DNA of 63,106 nt, the filler included, from Reticulomyxa filosa (Eukaryota; Protista; Foraminifera): NCBI GenBank assembly GCA_000512085.1. It is 21 parts of 21 records of this genome, joined end to end, with 100 filler letters (N's around TTAATTAATTAA, not from the genome) between each part and the next. Parts side by side here need not be neighbours in the genome. Positions count along the whole stretch, not along the records: positions 56,509 to 61,918 come from ASPP01011069.1; positions 62,019 to 63,106 come from ASPP01019866.1; 19 more parts are not named here. The stretch is one strand, 5' to 3'. The position numbers were made by a program, and so were the translations under genes. Within the stretch, counting starts at the first letter, position 1, and each line of letters opens with the position of its first letter. Shown one piece after another: positions 58,166 to 63,106 of the stretch. The notes beneath the pieces are model-generated. The model was not told the origin of the DNA, did no database searches, and saw nothing but the letters and a program-made list of their open reading frames with translations.

Positions 58166-58440
58166 AAAAATAAAATTACAAAAATTAAATAATTGTTGTG
58201 ATGTTCATTTATGTTATGATTTAGCAATACTTTAATTCGTGTCTATGTGAGCATATGAACTATTATATTTTAGAGATGAATAGCATAACTCTGTACAATC
58301 TTCAATGAGATCATTTAGTTAGAATAAAAAAACTCTATTTGAAAGAGGATGATCATATTTAGATGATATTCATACTTAATCGACAACCAAAAGAAACGTT
58401 CAAATTTAAGTCCACTTTGCTTTCAACAAATCAAACACAT

Positions 58441-60886
58441 TTACAAATTTTTCAATCTTAATTCGACTTTTATTGTCTTTTGATGATTTTTACCCAATTT
58501 TTGAATATAAATCGACAATGCATTTTCATAACATTTCTTTGCTTCCACTTTGTCTCCTTTTTCAAAATAGATATTTCCTAAAATACTATATGATTCACCA
58601 ATATGTGGATGATTCGAATCCAATTTACTCAATCTTAATTTCAATGCCTTTTTTCCAATTCCATCGCTTTTCCATATTCTTGTTTGCCACAATAAGCTGA
58701 TGCCAAATTTTTGTATGAAATAGCAACATCAGGATGATCAGATCCTAATTTATTTAGACTAATTTTTAAATCTTTTTCATGATATTCAATTGCTTTGTCG
58801 TATTCTCCTTTGCTATTGTAAGCAAGTCCCAAATTATTATATGAAGTAGCAACAGCAAGATGTTCAGGTCCTAATATATCTAATCTAATTTTTAAAGATT
58901 TTTCATGATATTCAATTGCTTTATCATATTCTCCTTTGTTGTCATAAACACATCCCAAATTGTTATATGAAACAGAAACTTCATAATTATCGTGCACAAA
59001 TTTATTTAATTTAATTTTTAATGATGTTTCATGATATTCAATTGCTTTGTCGTATTCTCCTTTCTTGTTATAAACACCTCCCAAATTATTATATGAAGTA
59101 GCAACATCAAGGTGTTCAGATCCTAATATACCTAAACTAATTTCTAAATCTTTTTCATAATATTCAATTGCTTTATCATATTCTCCTTTATATTCATGTG
59201 CTTTACCTAACTGGAAATAAGAATAAGCAACATCAATATGAAGATCGTGTAAGGTTTGCAATTGAACACAAAGCACAAAACGAAACAATTGAATTGCTTC
59301 ATTCACTTTTGATATATCTAATGTATTTTTTCCTAATTCCATTAAATTTTCTATATCAATAGGCCAAGGACAAGTAAAAACATGAGAACGGAAGTGACAA
59401 CGAATAACAGATGTATTAGTAGGAATAAGTTGTTGAGTAATGTGACAATTTCCAAATCCATCAATAATACAATCAACGGCATAAACGGATCCATCAATTG
59501 TGATATTATCAAATGTAATTATTTTTGAATGAAATGAGGAAATAGAATATGACTCAAGAATTAATTTCTTTTTCATATATTGACTTGAATCAATCATCAT
59601 TGAAAAAGGAATATTTTTTTGAGATAATTGACCATTTGAATTTGATTTTGCTAATTGTTCAATATTTGTTGCAACAACAACAATTCCTTGTTGTTTGTTG
59701 TTAATCATTTCATTTACCATTTCATGTGCTTTTTTATTTGCTTTATTCCATGAAACATCTTTATCAAGTTCAGCATTTGTACTTGATAAATAATTATTAT
59801 TAATATAAAGAAAGGCATGTCGATCACAAGTTGAAGTAAGTTGAATAATTTGCCCATTCAATGCTTTTTGTTTAGTTGATTTAGAAATTAACATTAGATT
59901 ATCATATAATGATTTTGATGATTTAATATTTTGTGATATGACATTGCAAAAACATTCAGTAAAATAACTTCCTTTTCCTTTATAAGGATTTGTCGAATTA
60001 AATATTGATTTTCCAGGAGTTATTGAAGATATTGTAATAGTATCTGATCCACAATTATACCATTGTTGATTAATTCTTTTTCGTTGTTGATGTTGTTCAT
60101 TTCCTCGATATACATTTTTAATATATATTTTAGGCTTGTTTAAAAAAACATTTGTATCATGTCCGAATAATTCTTGTACTTTTTTAAATGATTTATACTT
60201 ATCATCGTCTGATGTTATTAATATATCTTCGCCTTCTTCTTTTTCTTCTGATGTTGTATTACCATAACCACACCATACAAATATTAATGAATCATAACTC
60301 TTTTCAGCTATATTTATATAATATTTCATTAAAAAACGATTTAATTGTCTTAATGTCAATGATTCAGTTTCAGGTTTATTTGGATCATAAGTACAATAAA
60401 CTTCATATCCATATACTTCTTTAAATACATTTTTAAACATTATTAAATCTTCTTTCACATCCGGTAAATCATTTAAACTTTTATATTTCGCAGATCCTGT
60501 TAATAATACTAACGGGTTTATGATCTTGTGAAATTTTTCTTCTGGATTTTTTTTCTCATCATTGTCATGATCTACTTTGTCATCAGTTGTTATTGCTATT
60601 TTGATTTTAGAATAGACAAATAAATAACAAAACTTTGAATAAAATGGACAGAAAGGAAAACAGGTCTCGTTTTGAATGCAATTTTTAATTGTTTGTTACT
60701 GGTAATGTCGTTTCCATTATTGTCAACAATTTTAAATTGATGCATAGAATTTCTTGTTTTATCATTGTCGTTTTTGGCAGTATTAATAATCTCTAGCACT
60801 TTTTTTTTCAAGCTTTTTAATCTCAGGAAAACAAGTTTCACTTTATGAGTCTCTTTTTTAAGAGAAACAAAAGCTTTGTAAGGCAT
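58441..60886 (-). CDS. PB1-like domain + caspase-like (peptidase C14) domain lacking the catalytic dyad + TPR array; 38-nt intron at 60596-60633; frameshift at A6 58649-58654
   Basis: Exon 1: K5..FKIVDNNGNDITSNKQLKIAF. Caspase region: NPLVLLTG..Y..LNDLPDVKEDL..F..YGYEV..YDSLIFVWCGYG..LNKPKIYIKNVYRG. About seven 42-aa TPRs of the type VATSYNNLG.VY..KGEYDKAIEYHEK.L. Confidence 0.88.
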
Positions 60887-61139
60887 TCTTTTTATTTATT
60901 TATTAGATGAAATAAAAAAATTAGAAAAGTTCTGTCAACTCCAGTTTTTTTAAGCTCTCTTTTACATTTGTATTTTGAGCAACAAAATTATTTTATTGAT
61001 TTTTGTTTTATTGTCTTTATCTGAATATTTAATGGAATAATAACTAAAGTTCTGAAATCAATTCGAATGAAACAAAACTTGTTTTGTACTTTTCAATTAA
61101 AGTTGTTAACTTCAAGCAAATTGGTAAGAAATATATAAC

Positions 61140-61290
61140 TTTTACAATCTGATTACAAATGCAGCAAATTAACGTGTCCAATCTTTGTGACTCATTTGTC
61201 AACGAAATCCAAGCTTTACTGTAGCACTCAGAAAGAAAAAAGGCTGTTCCTTTATCTTCAATTTCTTCTTTTCTATCCGCTTCAAATGAC
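61140..61290 (-). pseudogene. Fragment of a RING/TRAF-type zinc-finger gene N-terminus
   Basis: CYSKAWISLTNESQRLDTLICCICNQIV resembles the first CxxC of a TRAF-like RING. Truncated. Confidence 0.35.
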
Positions 61291-61489
61291 AACATTACTC
61301 TAACTTCTAGAAAATCTAGCAAGTTTTTTTCCTCTAAAGGCTTTAGTTTGAAAGGGTGAATCTCAAACAAAGACTTTGTAGTTTTTTTTTTTAGTGAAGA
61401 AAGTTTTTAAAATAAGATAATTCAATTGAGCAAAATTAATACAAAACAAATTTTAGTGGTATGATATTTTTGAAACAACAATGAAATCT

Positions 61490-61877
61490 TGCAAGAAAAA
61501 GTATATTTTGTCGTTATTTAGAGGAGACATTATGGAATAAATATATTAATGATTCAAAACAATCTATTCCTGTTTATATTTCATTTCCAAAAGTATATAA
61601 TAAATAAAATGAAAAAGATATCATTTTACAAGCATTATAAATAAAAAGATTATTGATGCAATACTTGAAAAAGTATCATTTATATTTATTATGGATGGAT
61701 TTGATGAAATATATGATTTTTATCGTAAAAATGAAAATGAAAAATATTTTTATGATCGTTTTAATTTAAATCAATGGAATGCAAAAATAATTGTTACTTG
61801 TAGAAGTAAAGTATTAAATGATGGTATATTAAAAATAATTGAATTGGTATACATCATAATAATACATCAATTATGTA
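61490..61877 (+). pseudogene. NACHT-domain pseudogene, paralog of 2907-6503, interrupted by a transposon
   Basis: KSIFCRYLEETLW (post-Walker A), IPVYISFPK, FIFIMDGFDEI, FYDRFNLNQWNAKIIVTCRS. Contains in-frame stops and indels. Confidence 0.85.
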
Positions 61878-61918
61878 CAGTAGGTTGCAAAGAAACTGAA
61901 CGCCTAAAACATATCTTA
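61878..61918 (+). mobile_element. Terminus of the TA|CAGTAGG element inserted in the NACHT pseudogene
   Basis: TA|CAGTAGGTTGCAAAGAAACTGAACGCCTAAAACATATCTTA. Confidence 0.82.
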
Positions 61919-63106
61919 NNNNNNNNNNNNNNNNNNNNNNNNNNNNNNNNNNNNNNNNNNNNTTAATTAATTAANNNNNNNNNNNNNNNNNNNNNNNNNN
62001 NNNNNNNNNNNNNNNNNNGTAACCGTGCGTGGAAACTACAACACCCTGGTCGCAGCCCCTTGGCACAACCCAATCTGATGTTTTCAGGCATCACCACTCC
62101 CAGTACCCCACTGGCGTCTCTACCAGGGCAGTGCCTGGGCCTGGCTGACCCAACATGCAAACACTTTCAATACGGGCTTTACCCATAAGTTACGCCCCTT
62201 CGTGCCCATTTCAAATTAAAATCAAAACAACATTTAAACTGTATGATACCTTAAAACAATGTTAAATGCTTTCGATGACAAATGACATTGCAAAAACTTT
62301 ATCAAATACAGCTAACTTCACATCACTTGCAATATCTTCAATTCTTCCATCATTAGATGTTTTGAATATATCAACGGCTATATAGTTTGGTTATCACGTA
62401 ACTACAGCATTATTCACACATTGGATTTATTAAATGGAACTAACTACAAAACAATTACACGCTATCATTTGGAGTATTTAAATTATTATCATTATGGACA
62501 ATACAACTACAACAAAATAACTCCTGATCCGAATTATAATAATTATAACACGAAATGATAAAGATAACACACGCTTTGAGCACCACTTAATTGGTCTTGA
62601 TAATCGCAATCAATTGTCATTACTACCAAGTGCACAAATTTGTGAAAAAAAATTGGATTTAAATTAACAATTTCCGCAAATGATCAAACTTGAAATAACG
62701 ATCGTAATCAATACCATGCAAGTTCCGTCTCAAATGCAAATGCTTCATCTTTTTCAATCCATTAAAAATTATTATCATTCGAATCCACGTAATCATGTTT
62801 GTTCAAGTTGATGGCATCGCTATTTAATTTGGCACTATCATCTTGAACTCGGCAAGTCAACACTGACGATGAAAGAAAGCAACTATTTCGCTATGCTGTT
62901 TGAGTGTTTTCAATGTCAAATGTTTAATGTGTCTTTAAGCAATTGATAACAACCATAAGACACATTACACATTACCAGAGAACAAAATTAAAACCTGGAA
63001 AAACGATTAAATAAAAATCCGATCTCGTCGTTCGGAGAAAAATATTTGACATTTAATTGTCAACTTGCGCCAAATTTTTTCCAGTGTTCCCATAGCAACA
63101 TAATTT

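Overview
This window is not one continuous locus. It is 21 short, AT-rich eukaryotic contigs joined by an artificial 100-nt linker (N44-TTAATTAATTAA-N44), so nothing can be inferred from adjacency across a linker. The genes have short GT-AG introns and use the standard genetic code. The expanded families (NACHT-WD40, caspase-TPR, Kelch, WD40, CUE-PUB), poly-Asn tracts and many pseudogenes point to a rhizarian protist, most likely a Reticulomyxa-like foraminiferan (inference). Recognisable genes: RPS24 (complete), Rab1 exon 1, U1A/U2B'', a WDFY3/LvsA-like BEACH-WD40-FYVE protein, the C-terminus of a FAN/NSMAF-like protein, a USP9/24/34-like deubiquitinase, ABCG and ABCD transporter membrane domains, a BAHD-like acyltransferase, a Cys-less pentameric ligand-gated channel and CAP-Gly proteins. 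Mobile DNA: a decayed Tc1 transposase, a TA|CAGTA terminal-repeat family at four contig ends, and a CRE-like non-LTR remnant. The most notable signals are: (i) an NLR-like innate-immunity toolkit undergoing birth and death, comprising a NACHT-pentapeptide-16xWD40 receptor and a PB1-like/pseudocaspase/TPR protein with both catalytic residues replaced by Tyr; (ii) an unannotated ~180-nt structured RNA candidate; and (iii) unusual self-complementary intron architecture.
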